From contig OZ246406.1 of the NCBI GenBank assembly GCA_965231045.1, positions 250,228 to 314,227 of the forward strand: a stretch of 64,000 nt of DNA, written 5' to 3'. Shown piece by piece: positions 11,024 to 21,360 of the stretch (positions are counted from its first letter, which is position 1; every line of letters starts with the position of its first letter). The translations under genes were made by a program, and so were the position numbers. The notes below the pieces were generated by a model. The model worked only from the letters and a program-made list of their open reading frames with translations, was not told the DNA's origin and ran no database searches. Source of the DNA: an uncultured Candidatus Saccharibacteria bacterium. GTDB lineage: Bacteria > Patescibacteriota > Saccharimonadia > Saccharimonadales > JAGQNJ01.

Positions 11024-11472
11024 TATTTACTACCTCCTCGATCTTGAGTTTGACGTTGAGTTCGGCCAAGTGCTTGACGTAAACCACCACCACGCTTTTG
11101 CTTAACATCAGTTTTGGCGGTTGTCTTAGGCTCAGTTTTTTCAGATTTCTTGTCGGTCTTCTCTGACTTCTTGTCTTCTTCGCCAAAAATATTGATGCTA
11201 TCACCGTCTTTTAGGCGAACATAAGCTTTCTTAGTATCAGCTCGCTTACCGGCAACTGGTCGACGACCTTTTCGATATGACTGCTTAGACTTACCTTTAA
11301 CGACAATAATGCGTACATCTTCGACAGTTACGCCAAATTGATCAACTACTGCATCAGCAACAGTTAATTTGTTGGCAGACATTGGCACGCCAAATACGTA
11401 GGTATTGCCTTCAATGCTTTGGGCGTAAGCTTTTTCACTAACTCGCGGGCGAAGTGCCATAGATTTACTCAT
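11023..11472 (-). CDS. rplW: 50S ribosomal protein L23 with C-terminal extension
   Basis: PRVSEKA, KKAYVRL; start at MSKSM, coupled to the rplD stop. Confidence 0.95.
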   Translation of the reverse strand: MSKSMALRPRVSEKAYAQSIEGNTYVFGVPMSANKLTVADAVVDQFGVTVEDVRIIVVKGKSKQSYRKGRRPVAGKRADTKKAYVRLKDGDSINIFGEEDKKSEKTDKKSEKTEPKTTAKTDVKQKRGGGLRQALGRTQRQTQDRGGSK

Positions 11473-12104
11473 TATTTTGTACCTCCAAGCCACTCATGAA
11501 CCATTTCAAGTGCGTCTTTAGTGATAACAATTGTGTCAGCGTTCAAAACGTCATAAACATTAAGATACTTCGCCTGTGTAACTTTAAGTTCGCTAATGTT
11601 GCGTGTTGCTTGCTCTACTTTGGCATCCTTAACATCGACTACAAACAGGACATTTCGTTTAGCGCCAAGTTTTTCAAGCAAATTTACTGTCGTCTTAGTC
11701 TTAGCGTCTTTATTCTCGTATTTCTCGATGACTATAAGTTTGTCTTGACTTAGAGTTAAAGCTTGTCGAAGAGCCTGTCGCTTTGTAGTCGTATTAAGTT
11801 TATGGCTGTAGTTCTCGTTGCCAGTAGGACCGAAAGCAATACCACCGCCACGCCAGATTGGGTTACGACTTGAACCAAAACGTGCACGGCCTGTACCCTT
11901 TTGACGCCATGGTTTCTTACCACCACCGCTAACTTCACCGCGCTTCTTTGTCTGCGCAAAGTTACCTCGGCCATTAGCAAGATAAGCAACGTAGGCTTGC
12001 TTTAATAACTCATGGTTTTCGACGTTAACACCGAAAACTGACTTGTCCAACTTAGCAGGAGTTGTGGCCTTTGAACCTGTCTTAGTAAAAGTAGCGACGC
12101 TCAT
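11472..12104 (-). CDS. rplD: 50S ribosomal protein L4
   Basis: RGEVSGGGKKPWRQKGTGRAR, WRGGGIAFGP. Confidence 0.99.
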   Translation of the reverse strand: MSVATFTKTGSKATTPAKLDKSVFGVNVENHELLKQAYVAYLANGRGNFAQTKKRGEVSGGGKKPWRQKGTGRARFGSSRNPIWRGGGIAFGPTGNENYSHKLNTTTKRQALRQALTLSQDKLIVIEKYENKDAKTKTTVNLLEKLGAKRNVLFVVDVKDAKVEQATRNISELKVTQAKYLNVYDVLNADTIVITKDALEMVHEWLGGTK

Positions 12105-12719
12105 TTATTTCACTCCCTTTACTAAAACAATTCCTTTGTTTGGCCCAGGGACAGCACCAACAACACCTATAACGTTAAGCTCGGTATCAACAAGTGCGAT
12201 TTTAAGGTTCTTAACAGTTACTCGCTCATCACCCATCTGGCCTGGCATCTTTTTGCCCTTGAAAATACGTTGTGGGTACATTGAACCAATTGAACCAACT
12301 TTACGTGTATTACCCTTACCACCATGTGTTTTACGCTGACGGTGGAAGTTATAGCGCTTGATTGTTCCGGCCCAACCTTTACCTTTGCTTGTACCAACTA
12401 CATCTACAACATCACCAACACTAAAAATGTCGGCGCTTAGTTTTGCTCCGACATTCATATCTTCATTAAGCTCATCAACACGAAATTCACGAATAATTTT
12501 AGCGTTGGCTTTCGCGTTCTTCATGTGCCCAGCCTGCGGCTTGGTAACATGCTTTGCTTGCTCAAAACCAACTTGAAGTGCTGTATAACCGTCTTTTTCT
12601 GTATCTTTTACTTGGGTAATAACATTATCAGTGGCAGATAAAAGAGTAACAGGAAGCATAGTACCGTCATCTTGTATGGTACTTGTCATGCCGATTTTTC
12701 GGGTAATGAGTGCTTTCAC
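12105..12719 (-). CDS. rplC: 50S ribosomal protein L3 (GTG start)
   Basis: KIGMT, GTSKGKG, GKKMPGQMG, GAVPG. Confidence 0.98.
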   Translation of the reverse strand: MKALITRKIGMTSTIQDDGTMLPVTLLSATDNVITQVKDTEKDGYTALQVGFEQAKHVTKPQAGHMKNAKANAKIIREFRVDELNEDMNVGAKLSADIFSVGDVVDVVGTSKGKGWAGTIKRYNFHRQRKTHGGKGNTRKVGSIGSMYPQRIFKGKKMPGQMGDERVTVKNLKIALVDTELNVIGVVGAVPGPNKGIVLVKGVK

Positions 12720-12765
12720 TCCTGTCTAAACCTTTCTGCTGTAGTTTGATACAGACATAAAAATG

Positions 12766-12877
12766 CTTGGTTGCTGCTGGTTTTCACCTCTGTTAATGGC
12801 GGGTGAACCTTGCCAACTAACCAAGAATAATTTAAAGATACCATAACAGAGTACTACAAAATCACTACCTCTGTCAA
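12766..12877 (-). promoter_or_regulatory. rplC promoter and structured 5' leader
   Basis: TTGACA (12872-12877) - 18 nt - TACTCT; nested inverted repeats CTTGGTT/AACCAAG and TTCACC/GGTGAA. Confidence 0.5.
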
Positions 12878-12890
12878 TATGTTGTTTATT

Positions 12891-13154
12891 CTACAAGGTT
12901 ATATACAAACCAATTGGCGCCCAGAAGCCAATCAGCATAGCGACCAAAAGAACCGCATATTCAATCTTACGATCAATCTTAAAGTGTTCATGAGTCGTAA
13001 ATATTAAGCCAACAATGAATCCAGCAGGAATAGGTATCTGCATATCACCTCTTGTTATCTTGACCCACAGCGATCCCACAATTAGATACATTACGAGCTT
13101 AAGAAAGTATGTGCTGTCTGTTTCATTGTTTCTAGGTTTCTTTGATTTCGTCAT
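12891..13154 (-). CDS. small hypothetical membrane protein
   Basis: 87 aa with about 3 hydrophobic segments; 4-nt overlap with the upstream ORF. Confidence 0.75.
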   Translation of the reverse strand: MTKSKKPRNNETDSTYFLKLVMYLIVGSLWVKITRGDMQIPIPAGFIVGLIFTTHEHFKIDRKIEYAVLLVAMLIGFWAPIGLYITL

Positions 13155-14077
13155 TTTTGGTTCTTTCTACTCTTAAACACATTAGAAAATATTATTGGTT
13201 TCTGGTAGTAGTTCCCGATCCAAATTACACTTACTAAGCCAACGGCGAATAGATGTCCGTACACTTCAGTAATACCTAGCAAACATGCTGTCGTTATCAT
13301 TGTTAGGAGTATACCCAGAACTACGAGCCTAGGAACAATGTTTAGAATCAAGAGGAGTCCAAATAACAACTCCATTGCTCCCATAACCACAATAAACAGT
13401 CTATTTGGGACACTTAGTACAGATAGAAAGTTCCAGTTATGGATTTGTAAAAAAGCAAAAGACAACTCTGGGTGAAGTAATTTTTCATCAAGCGCTAACA
13501 ATACTAAACTAAAACCAATTAGTTGCTGATACAGAAGATACGTACGGTTTTTTAGCGAATCATAAGGTTTGTGCCATAACTTTAGGAAGCTGTCTAAAGA
13601 GTACTTGCCAGCACCAGACACAATAAGCAAGATTGCGGCTGCAAGATATTCTAGATGCTCAAGTACATCATCAAGGGGTAGTTTAAATAGCAGTAGACCG
13701 TAAATAATAATCATCGCTAGCGCTGTAAACCTTGTGAGCAGACCAAAGACCCATGATAAGCCAATAATAAGTAGCACAGTCATCATAAGTTCACTATGCC
13801 AATGTATATTTACTGCAATCAGCTGATCTTGATAGTAGGCAACTAGTAGACCGCTACCAGCCACTACTCGAACAATTGTAGGTATGTATTTAACAAATGT
13901 CTTAGTTGAGTTATCAATTTTTTCATTTAGACCTCTAAAAAGTTTCTCAACGAATAGGGCCACGAATACTCCAAAGACAACAATTAGGGCAACAACTATC
14001 CATTCTAATAATGACAGATGCGGGACAACAGGGACGTTGTTCGTAACAAACCATTTAACATGTGCAATGTAAAACAT
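13151..14077 (-). CDS. DoxX-like integral membrane protein (duplicated repeat)
   Basis: AHVKWF N-terminus, GLLTRFTAL, GAGKYSLD, second repeat ELLFGLLLILNIVPR, GHL. Confidence 0.7.
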   Translation of the reverse strand: MFYIAHVKWFVTNNVPVVPHLSLLEWIVVALIVVFGVFVALFVEKLFRGLNEKIDNSTKTFVKYIPTIVRVVAGSGLLVAYYQDQLIAVNIHWHSELMMTVLLIIGLSWVFGLLTRFTALAMIIIYGLLLFKLPLDDVLEHLEYLAAAILLIVSGAGKYSLDSFLKLWHKPYDSLKNRTYLLYQQLIGFSLVLLALDEKLLHPELSFAFLQIHNWNFLSVLSVPNRLFIVVMGAMELLFGLLLILNIVPRLVVLGILLTMITTACLLGITEVYGHLFAVGLVSVIWIGNYYQKPIIFSNVFKSRKNQK

Positions 14078-14106
14078 AGTAATTATGCTTATTATAACCT
14101 AGTTAT

Positions 14107-14778
14107 TTACAAAATGTCTTCAATAGGTACTACAAAGCTATCGTCAACTAACCTATCGGCCATTTTTTGCATTTCGTATTCAGCATCACGCTGTACGGGT
14201 GAAGCGCGTCTTATTTCCGCTTCAACCATGGATGTTATCGCTGTTGCACCCATATACCCAAGTGAACACAAAAACAAATCTTGGCGCTGCTGATCGACGG
14301 GCCTTGATGGGTTATCAACATAGCTAAGCACCCTTGGATACCTCGGCTTTCGTAAGTGATCGACAAAACTTGAACCGACGTCACGAACACGATCCTCAAG
14401 GTCCCGGGTGGCATCAACTGGTCCTTTCCGTATTGCGGCTAAATTTTCTATTGAAACAGCTCTAAATCGTGGAAATAGTGCATTTCCAAGTGCACCTTTG
14501 GCAAACGCAGCCCCAAATACCAAGCCATATTCAATAGCTGCAGGAAATGGTTTTAGTTGATCAGTATCAAATCCTTGTTTGGCTTGATGATCTTCAACTG
14601 TATTTCTAATCTCCACACTAAATTCATGGCCAATCTTCTTTCTTGCATTTTTAAAGAAGTCAGCCATCTTACTTCCTTTTACATCCCTTAGGAATTGCCT
14701 GGTAGTTCTGTCTATCCTTCTATCAAGCCTGTCTACGGATCTTCGTGATAGAGGCAGTGCGTTGTATGACTCGGTCAT
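14107..14778 (-). CDS. hypothetical protein
   Basis: 223-aa ORF filling the gap after rpsJ; TAATAT 8 nt upstream of the ATG. Confidence 0.65.
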   Translation of the reverse strand: MTESYNALPLSRRSVDRLDRRIDRTTRQFLRDVKGSKMADFFKNARKKIGHEFSVEIRNTVEDHQAKQGFDTDQLKPFPAAIEYGLVFGAAFAKGALGNALFPRFRAVSIENLAAIRKGPVDATRDLEDRVRDVGSSFVDHLRKPRYPRVLSYVDNPSRPVDQQRQDLFLCSLGYMGATAITSMVEAEIRRASPVQRDAEYEMQKMADRLVDDSFVVPIEDIL

Positions 14779-14789
14779 GTTACAAAATA

Positions 14790-15149
14790 TTACATTTTGA
14801 TTTCGGCATCACAACCTGCTGGTAGTGACAAGTTCATAAGACTATCAATAGTCTTTGGAGTTGGGTCCAAAACATCAATTAAACGTTTGTGAATACGCAT
14901 TTCAAACTGTTCACGACCCTTTTTGTAAACATGTGGGCTTTTTACAACCGTATAGACTGTTCGTCGAGTTGGCAATGGTATTGGGCCAGCGATAGTTGCG
15001 CCTGTTCGTAGCGCAGTATCAACGATCTGCTTGGCTGATTGATCAATTACTTTGTGATCGTAAGCTTTTAAGCGAATACGAATACGTTGTTTTGTACTAG
15101 CTTCAGGCTTTACTGCCTTATCTGAGGTTGGCTTTTTTTCTTCAGCCAT
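14790..15149 (-). CDS. rpsJ: 30S ribosomal protein S10
   Basis: [37 protein letters not shown]. Confidence 0.99.
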   Translation of the reverse strand: MAEEKKPTSDKAVKPEASTKQRIRIRLKAYDHKVIDQSAKQIVDTALRTGATIAGPIPLPTRRTVYTVVKSPHVYKKGREQFEMRIHKRLIDVLDPTPKTIDSLMNLSLPAGCDAEIKM

Positions 15150-15256
15150 AATTTAGTCTCCTTGTGATGTAACATCTTTGCAGTCTTATTGAGAAGATTT
15201 GCAACGACTTTTAGTCATCACGATTAGTTTACGTTTGTATTTTATAACAAATCTAT

Positions 15257-15589
15257 CTATTTGTATAGGTTCTGCCATACTTTCCACAGCTCAGCACGGT
15301 ATAGAGAACGAGCTTGTTCTTCTGAAACTTGACCGCCATATTGACAATCATGATTCGCTGGCTGCGATAGAAAATTCCTTGAAAAACGATTAAACGTGTC
15401 TGTGTCATCTGTTTCTAAGGTACCCTCGCTTACAATTTCATTGGTATCAATTCGTGTCCAGTAATGTCCAATCAAATCACCTTTAATAATGCCTAGTAAT
15501 TCTTGGCATGAAAATGTGGTCCCTGCAATAGGAAAAGCCATAGCACTTTCTTGTGTTCTAGAATGTATCTCAAAATTTTCGTCCTTCAT
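15257..15589 (-). CDS. hypothetical protein
   Basis: ORF of about 110 aa; TGA-CATAAT 8 nt upstream of ATG at 15589. Confidence 0.5.
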   Translation of the reverse strand: MKDENFEIHSRTQESAMAFPIAGTTFSCQELLGIIKGDLIGHYWTRIDTNEIVSEGTLETDDTDTFNRFSRNFLSQPANHDCQYGGQVSEEQARSLYRAELWKVWQNLYK

Positions 15590-15789
15590 GGAAGACAATT
15601 ATGTCACTTTTTTGTAAGAAAAGGAAGTACACCCTTGGAATATCAGATTCATATATGATGTGAAGTTCATTACTCTGCTGAATAATATTCATAACTTGTT
15701 TGAAGGACTGAAGAGTATGTTGATCTTTAAACAAAACACGCCGACATAAGCTATGACGATTGGCGTTCATTTGGTGATATAATTTGTTA

Positions 15790-16368
15790 ATGAATCAAGA
15801 AAATCAACAACCACAAGAAACGCAACAGACACAGCTTCAACAACCAACAATTAAAACATCTGAGCCTGCGCCAACTCCACCACAGACTCCAGACCCAGTT
15901 ACACCTCAAGCACTTGAGAATAATAATCCGAATATTACTTCTACATCACCATCGTCAACAATACTGGTTTCTTCAGATCCAACACTTCAAAAACTAGTAA
16001 AGAACTCCAGCCTAGCATTGCTAATAATGGGTGTGATCCTAATTCCTGTTTCTTTGTTTTTATTCTTATTTGTTAACTTATTCTCTGTTATAGACTTAGC
16101 TTTCGCGATTATATACGTCATTATCGGCATTAAATTAAGATCTGCAGATATAACAATTGCTAAAAGTATTAAATACATGCAAATTGCTGCCGCTTGCATT
16201 ATTGTGACCATATTATTAATCATTGCGTTGTCAATTGTTACAGGAAAGTTTGGTAATGTGGGTCTCATCCAAATACTGTCATTATTCTTCATCTCTAAAG
16301 TGTTCTCTTACCTTTATGACAAAGGGCTTACGACGAGCAGGTCATTAGCAAGCGCCAAGTTAAAATAG
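15790..16368 (+). CDS. hypothetical membrane protein (Q/P/T-rich N-terminus, about 4 TM)
   Basis: Low-complexity N-terminus then hydrophobic helices; TG-A-TATAAT 6 nt before ATG 15790. Confidence 0.75.
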   Translation: MNQENQQPQETQQTQLQQPTIKTSEPAPTPPQTPDPVTPQALENNNPNITSTSPSSTILVSSDPTLQKLVKNSSLALLIMGVILIPVSLFLFLFVNLFSVIDLAFAIIYVIIGIKLRSADITIAKSIKYMQIAAACIIVTILLIIALSIVTGKFGNVGLIQILSLFFISKVFSYLYDKGLTTSRSLASAKLK

Positions 16369-16378
16369 TAATCAACTT

Positions 16379-16415
16379 AAAAGAGCTCCCATTTTTGAAT
16401 TTTGGGAGCTCTTTT
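16379..16415. terminator. bidirectional intrinsic terminator
   Basis: AAAAGAGCTCCCA...TGGGAGCTCTTTT inverted repeat between convergent tuf and the membrane-protein gene. Confidence 0.85.
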
Positions 16416-16438
16416 TGGCTTCTCGGTAGCTAAGGCTG

Positions 16439-17620
16439 CTACTTGCTGATTTTAGTTACAACACCAGCACCAACTGTTCGGCCACCTTCACGAATAGCAA
16501 AGCGTAGACCTTGTTCCATGGCAATTGGAGCAAGCAACTTAACCTTAAAGGTTACTGTGTCACCTGGCATAACCATTTCTTTGTCAGCTGGAAGTTCAAC
16601 TTCACCAGTTACGTCCGTAGTACGGAAGTAGAACTGTGGCTTGTAGCCCTTGAAGAATGGAGTGTGTCGTCCACCTTCTTCTTTAGTAAGAATATAAACT
16701 TCAGCGTCAAATTCAGTATGCGGTGTAATTGTACCTGGCTTAGCCAAAACTTGACCACGTTCTATATCTTCACGCTCAATACCTCGGAGCAATACACCAA
16801 CGTTGTCCCCAGCTTGACCTTGATCAAGATTTTTCTTGAACATTTCAACACCAGTTACAACTGACTTAGTTGTATCTTTAATACCAACGATTTCAACTTC
16901 GTCGTTGATCTTGACGATACCCTGCTCAACACGGCCGGTAGCAACTGTACCACGACCCTTAATTGAGAAGACGTCTTCGATAGGCATCAAGAATGGCTTA
17001 TCAAGATCTCGCTTTGGCTCTGGAACGTAATCATCCATAGCCTTAACAAGTTCCATAACTGCATCTTCGTCAGCAGCACTACCTTCAAGAGCTTTTGTAG
17101 CAGAACCCTTGATAATAGGAGCATTTTCGTCAAAGTCGTACTTAGCAAGCAATTCACGGATGTCCATTTCAACTAGTTCAACAAGTTCTGGATCAGCAAG
17201 GTCCATCTTGTTCATGAATACTAGGATTGAAGGAACACCAACCTGCTTAGCAAGAAGAACGTGTTCACGAGTTTGTGGCATAGGACCGTCGGCTGCAGAT
17301 ACAACCAAAATAGCACCATCAACCTGAGCGGCACCTGTAATCATGTTCTTAACGTAGTCTGCGTGTCCTGGCATGTCCACGTGAGCATAGTGTCGCTTTT
17401 CTGACTCATACTCTTGGTGAGACGTAGCAATGGTAATACCACGAGCCTTCTCTTCTGGGGCGTTATCGATTTGTGAGTAATCAACTTTCTTGTTTACATC
17501 ACTTGGTAATTTTTTTGCGAGTACAGCAGTAATCGCAGCTGTTAGTGTTGTTTTGCCGTGGTCAACGTGACCCATAGTACCAACGTTGACATGAGGCTTG
17601 CTTCGGTCAAAATCTGCCAT
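16439..17620 (-). CDS. tuf: elongation factor Tu
   Basis: [44 protein letters not shown]. Confidence 0.99.
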   Translation of the reverse strand: MADFDRSKPHVNVGTMGHVDHGKTTLTAAITAVLAKKLPSDVNKKVDYSQIDNAPEEKARGITIATSHQEYESEKRHYAHVDMPGHADYVKNMITGAAQVDGAILVVSAADGPMPQTREHVLLAKQVGVPSILVFMNKMDLADPELVELVEMDIRELLAKYDFDENAPIIKGSATKALEGSAADEDAVMELVKAMDDYVPEPKRDLDKPFLMPIEDVFSIKGRGTVATGRVEQGIVKINDEVEIVGIKDTTKSVVTGVEMFKKNLDQGQAGDNVGVLLRGIEREDIERGQVLAKPGTITPHTEFDAEVYILTKEEGGRHTPFFKGYKPQFYFRTTDVTGEVELPADKEMVMPGDTVTFKVKLLAPIAMEQGLRFAIREGGRTVGAGVVTKISK

Positions 17621-17729
17621 TTAATTAGCTCCTATTATTTACTTATCTGATTAGTTTTCGCGCAATCTAAGCACTAGCTCGCACGAGTTACCAAGATATC
17701 TTATCTGATCTTAAGAAGTTTGTAAATAG

Positions 17730-18026
17730 TTATTCAGAGGTATCGTTTGTTTCATAGCCGGCGCGCAAATCACAGGTTGCTTTTAAGGGACATTTGAAGC
17801 CTCTTATTAGGGTTTTCTTTGGTCCTTTACAGTTAGCATTAATTTCAACTGTTACTTCAGACGGTAGCTCAGGGTGAAAAACCCTGTTCATAGTGTAGTT
17901 AGCGACTGCTTGACCCTTTAAATAGTCAGCAATGCCTTCAGGGTTGCATGTCCTGTAACACATATCTGAAACTTGTAAGTTTACTTCAGTAGCTGCTACA
18001 ACTGTCAAATTTTCTCGATCTGTCAT
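17730..18026 (-). CDS. hypothetical Cys-rich small protein
   Basis: 98 aa with 5 Cys; own TTGCGT-17-CATATT promoter-like element 6 nt before the ATG. Confidence 0.55.
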   Translation of the reverse strand: MTDRENLTVVAATEVNLQVSDMCYRTCNPEGIADYLKGQAVANYTMNRVFHPELPSEVTVEINANCKGPKKTLIRGFKCPLKATCDLRAGYETNDTSE

Positions 18027-18072
18027 GGGCTTAATATGTTATGAAATACTCTAAAACGCAAGCTTAAGCATA

Positions 18073-20160
18073 TTATTTGCTGTTTTTAGCGACGATAGCT
18101 TCAGCAACGTTGTTAGGAACGTCAGCGTAATGGTCGAGCTCCATACTTGAGCTAGCTCGGCCTTGAGTCATCGAACGTAGGTTAGTTGTGTAACCAAACA
18201 TTTCACCTAGTGGCACGAATGCTGTAACTTCTTTGATGCCACTTGTGAGGTCTTCCATTGATTCGATACGGCCACGCTTTGAGTTAAGATCACCAATAAC
18301 GTCACCCATAAAATCTTCTGGAGTTACAACAACTACTTTCATGATTGGCTCTAGAAGTACTGGTGCTGCTTTTTTAACACCGTCTTGCAGTGCCATCGAT
18401 CCAGCAATCTTGAAGGCCATTTCTGATGAGTCAACATCATGATAACTTCCGTCGTAAAGCTCAGCTTTGATGTCAACAACTGGATAACCAGCCAAAACAC
18501 CGTTAGCCATAGCTTCAACGATACCGTCCTGAACAGGCTTGATGTATTCAGATGGTACAACTCCACCCTTGATAGAGTTGATGAATTCAAAGCCCTTTCC
18601 GGCCTCGTTTTGACTAAGTCGCAACCATACGTGACCGTATTGACCACGACCACCAGATTGACGTACAAACTTTCCTTCGACTTCAACGGCATCTTTCCGA
18701 ATAGTTTCTCGATAAGCAACTTGTGGCTGACCAATATCGGCCTCAACGTTAAACTCACGCTTCATTCGATCAACAATAATCTCAAGGTGTAGCTCACCCA
18801 TTCCAGAAATAATTGTCTGGCCGGTTTCATCGTCCACGTGAACTCGGAATGTTGGGTCTTCTTCAGCTAGACGTTGCAAAGCCAGGCTCATTTTTTCTTG
18901 GTCGGCCTTAGTCTTAGGCTCGATAGCAATACTTACAGGTGGTTCTGGGAAGGTAATACTTTCAAGAATAATTGACTTGTTAGTATCGCAAAGTGTGTTA
19001 CCGGTGGTTGTGCCCTTAAGGCCAACTACAGCCGCAATGTCTCCTGCGCCAATTTCTGTGATATCTTCACGCTTATCGGCTTGCATTCGAACTAAACGTC
19101 CAATGCGCTCTTTTTCACCAGTAGAGCTATTCAATACGTACGAGCCGGCTTGGAACTTACCAGAATAGACGCGTATAAAGCACAACTTACCTACAAATGG
19201 GTCGGTTGCAATCTTGAAGGCAATTGCTGCCATTGGCTCGGCATCATCAGGTTTTCGCTCAATCTCATCACCAGTCTTAGGTTGAGTGCCCCAAACTGAG
19301 CCACGATCAAGTGGACTTGGTAGAAAATCAGTAACTGCATCAAGTAGCTTCTCAACAATTACACCACGTCCATCGCCGCCAGTTACGGCAAAGAACTTAC
19401 CAGACAACACGGCTGTACGGATAGCTGATCGAATGTCGTCTTCACTTAGACCTTCTTCACCAACTTCAAAGTACTTCTCAAGCATCTTTTCGTCTTCAGC
19501 AACAGCGTTTTCAATAAGTAGACTACGGTATTTCTTAACTTGGTCCATCATATCGGCTGGGATATCACCTTCAACAAGGTTTTTATCAGTAAACTCGTTG
19601 TATGTGTAGGCCTTCATAGTAATAAGATCAACTACACCGTTGATACTTTGCTCGAAACCAATTGGTAGATGAATTGGAAAAGCTCGTTTTGAAAGACGAT
19701 TGTGAATAGATTCAAGAGACTTGTAGAAATCACCACCAGTTTGGTTGATTTTGTTGATAAAGCAGATACGTGGCACACCGTACTTATCAGCTTGGCGCCA
19801 AACAGTTTCAGACTGACTTTCGACACCCATTTTACCGTCAAAGACAGTCACAGCACCGTCAAGAACACGAAGTGAACGCTCAACCTCAGCAGTAAAGTCA
19901 ATGTGTCCTGGAGTATCGATAATGTTAATCTTATGATCACGCCAGAAACAGGTTACAGCAGCAGAAGTAATGGTAATACCACGTTCACGCTCTTGAGCCA
20001 TCCAGTCAGTAGTAGTTTCGCCCTCATGAACGGCACCAATTTTGTGCTTTAGTCCTGTTCGGTACAAAATACCTTCTGTAGTTGTGGTCTTACCAGCGTC
20101 AATGTGCGCAATAATACCAATATTCCGGAAATTCTTTAGTTCAATCTTTTTATCTGCCAT
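18073..20160 (-). CDS. fusA: elongation factor G
   Basis: [39 protein letters not shown]. Confidence 0.99.
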   Translation of the reverse strand: MADKKIELKNFRNIGIIAHIDAGKTTTTEGILYRTGLKHKIGAVHEGETTTDWMAQERERGITITSAAVTCFWRDHKINIIDTPGHIDFTAEVERSLRVLDGAVTVFDGKMGVESQSETVWRQADKYGVPRICFINKINQTGGDFYKSLESIHNRLSKRAFPIHLPIGFEQSINGVVDLITMKAYTYNEFTDKNLVEGDIPADMMDQVKKYRSLLIENAVAEDEKMLEKYFEVGEEGLSEDDIRSAIRTAVLSGKFFAVTGGDGRGVIVEKLLDAVTDFLPSPLDRGSVWGTQPKTGDEIERKPDDAEPMAAIAFKIATDPFVGKLCFIRVYSGKFQAGSYVLNSSTGEKERIGRLVRMQADKREDITEIGAGDIAAVVGLKGTTTGNTLCDTNKSIILESITFPEPPVSIAIEPKTKADQEKMSLALQRLAEEDPTFRVHVDDETGQTIISGMGELHLEIIVDRMKREFNVEADIGQPQVAYRETIRKDAVEVEGKFVRQSGGRGQYGHVWLRLSQNEAGKGFEFINSIKGGVVPSEYIKPVQDGIVEAMANGVLAGYPVVDIKAELYDGSYHDVDSSEMAFKIAGSMALQDGVKKAAPVLLEPIMKVVVVTPEDFMGDVIGDLNSKRGRIESMEDLTSGIKEVTAFVPLGEMFGYTTNLRSMTQGRASSSMELDHYADVPNNVAEAIVAKNSK

Positions 20161-20449
20161 CATGCTCCCCTACTTTTATTGTCTCTATAAATGCATCCAT
20201 GTAAGCTACGCCACCAAGTACTTTGGCATATTCGCCCCAGCCTTTGGTCATGTCTGCGACTTGATCAGTCGTATCAATTAGAAAAGCTGAATGTTCGTCC
20301 AAAAAAATTTGACCTTTTCGGTATGCATCAACAACAAATGCGACACGTGAAGTACTAATACCTCCATCGTCACCTCGAACCGCTTCACCTAAAGCAGTGT
20401 CACGCAAACTTTCAAACCCAACAGTAGCCAAATCTGTATTACTTGTCAT
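20150..20449 (-). CDS. hypothetical protein inserted between rpsG and fusA
   Basis: 99-aa ORF starting 3 nt after the rpsG stop and overlapping the fusA start. Confidence 0.55.
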   Translation of the reverse strand: MTSNTDLATVGFESLRDTALGEAVRGDDGGISTSRVAFVVDAYRKGQIFLDEHSAFLIDTTDQVADMTKGWGEYAKVLGGVAYMDAFIETIKVGEHDGR

Positions 20450-20452
20450 ATC

Positions 20453-20929
20453 TTATCTCGCAAAGTGGGCAAAGGCTCGGTTAGCCTCAGCCATCTTATG
20501 GGTATCTTCTTTTTTCTTTACAGCTGTACCAGTGTTGTTATAGGCATCTACTAACTCAAGAGCTAGTCTGTCTTCCATGCTCATACCCTTACGAGAACGA
20601 GCAGCCTGTACGAACCACATATTTGTAAGATGTTGCTGTCTTTGGCCTTTAACTTCAAATGGGATTTGATAGTTGGCACCACCAACTCGACGTGAACGAG
20701 TTTCCAGGCTTGGTCGAATGTTGTTCATAGCCTGCTCAAACACTTCTAGTGGGTTTTGAACTTTTAGCTTCTGGGCAGCCTTTTCCATACCATTGTATAC
20801 AAGTCGTTCGGCAATTTGTTTCTTACCGTCTTGCATTACACGGTTGATAACGCGTTGTACAGCTACAGAATTGTAACGTCGGTCAGCTGGGATATCACGA
20901 ACTAGTGATTTAGTTTTTTTACGAGGCAT
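20453..20929 (-). CDS. rpsG: 30S ribosomal protein S7
   Basis: RRVGGANYQIP, HKMAEANRAFAH. Confidence 0.99.
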   Translation of the reverse strand: MPRKKTKSLVRDIPADRRYNSVAVQRVINRVMQDGKKQIAERLVYNGMEKAAQKLKVQNPLEVFEQAMNNIRPSLETRSRRVGGANYQIPFEVKGQRQQHLTNMWFVQAARSRKGMSMEDRLALELVDAYNNTGTAVKKKEDTHKMAEANRAFAHFAR

Positions 20930-21345
20930 TACTTAGAACCCTCCTTCTTAGCACCATACTTAGATCGGCGCTGTTTGCGGCCTTGAACACCCTGAAGGTC
21001 GAGAGCACCACGGACGATGTGATATCGCACACCTGGAAGGTCCTTAACACGTCCACCACGAATAAGTACAACTGCGTGTTCTTGGAGGTTATGGCCTTCA
21101 CCACCGATGTAGGCCCAAACTTCATATCCGTTTGTAAGTCGCACACGTGCAACCTTACGAAGAGCAGAGTTAGGCTTCTTTGGAGTCTTAGTTGTAACCT
21201 TAATACAAACACCTCTCTTAAGCGGTGATGATTTCTCATATGAGCGAGTCTTAAGGTTGTTTACCACGCGGTGCATGGCTGGTGACTTTGATTTCTTAGT
21301 CACTTTGACTCTCGGTTTTCGAACTAATTGATTGATTGTTGGCAT
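20929..21345 (-). CDS. rpsL: 30S ribosomal protein S12
   Basis: [30 protein letters not shown]. Confidence 0.99.
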   Translation of the reverse strand: MPTINQLVRKPRVKVTKKSKSPAMHRVVNNLKTRSYEKSSPLKRGVCIKVTTKTPKKPNSALRKVARVRLTNGYEVWAYIGGEGHNLQEHAVVLIRGGRVKDLPGVRYHIVRGALDLQGVQGRKQRRSKYGAKKEGSK

Positions 21346-21360
21346 CGAGGATCTACCTTA

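Noticed and set aside
15570-15770. 66-aa ORF
   Set aside because: No recognisable motif; overlaps the promoter regions of both neighbours
17642-17709. CTTATCTGAT 10-bp direct repeat upstream of tuf
   Set aside because: Only two short copies, one overlapping the -10; not enough for an operator call
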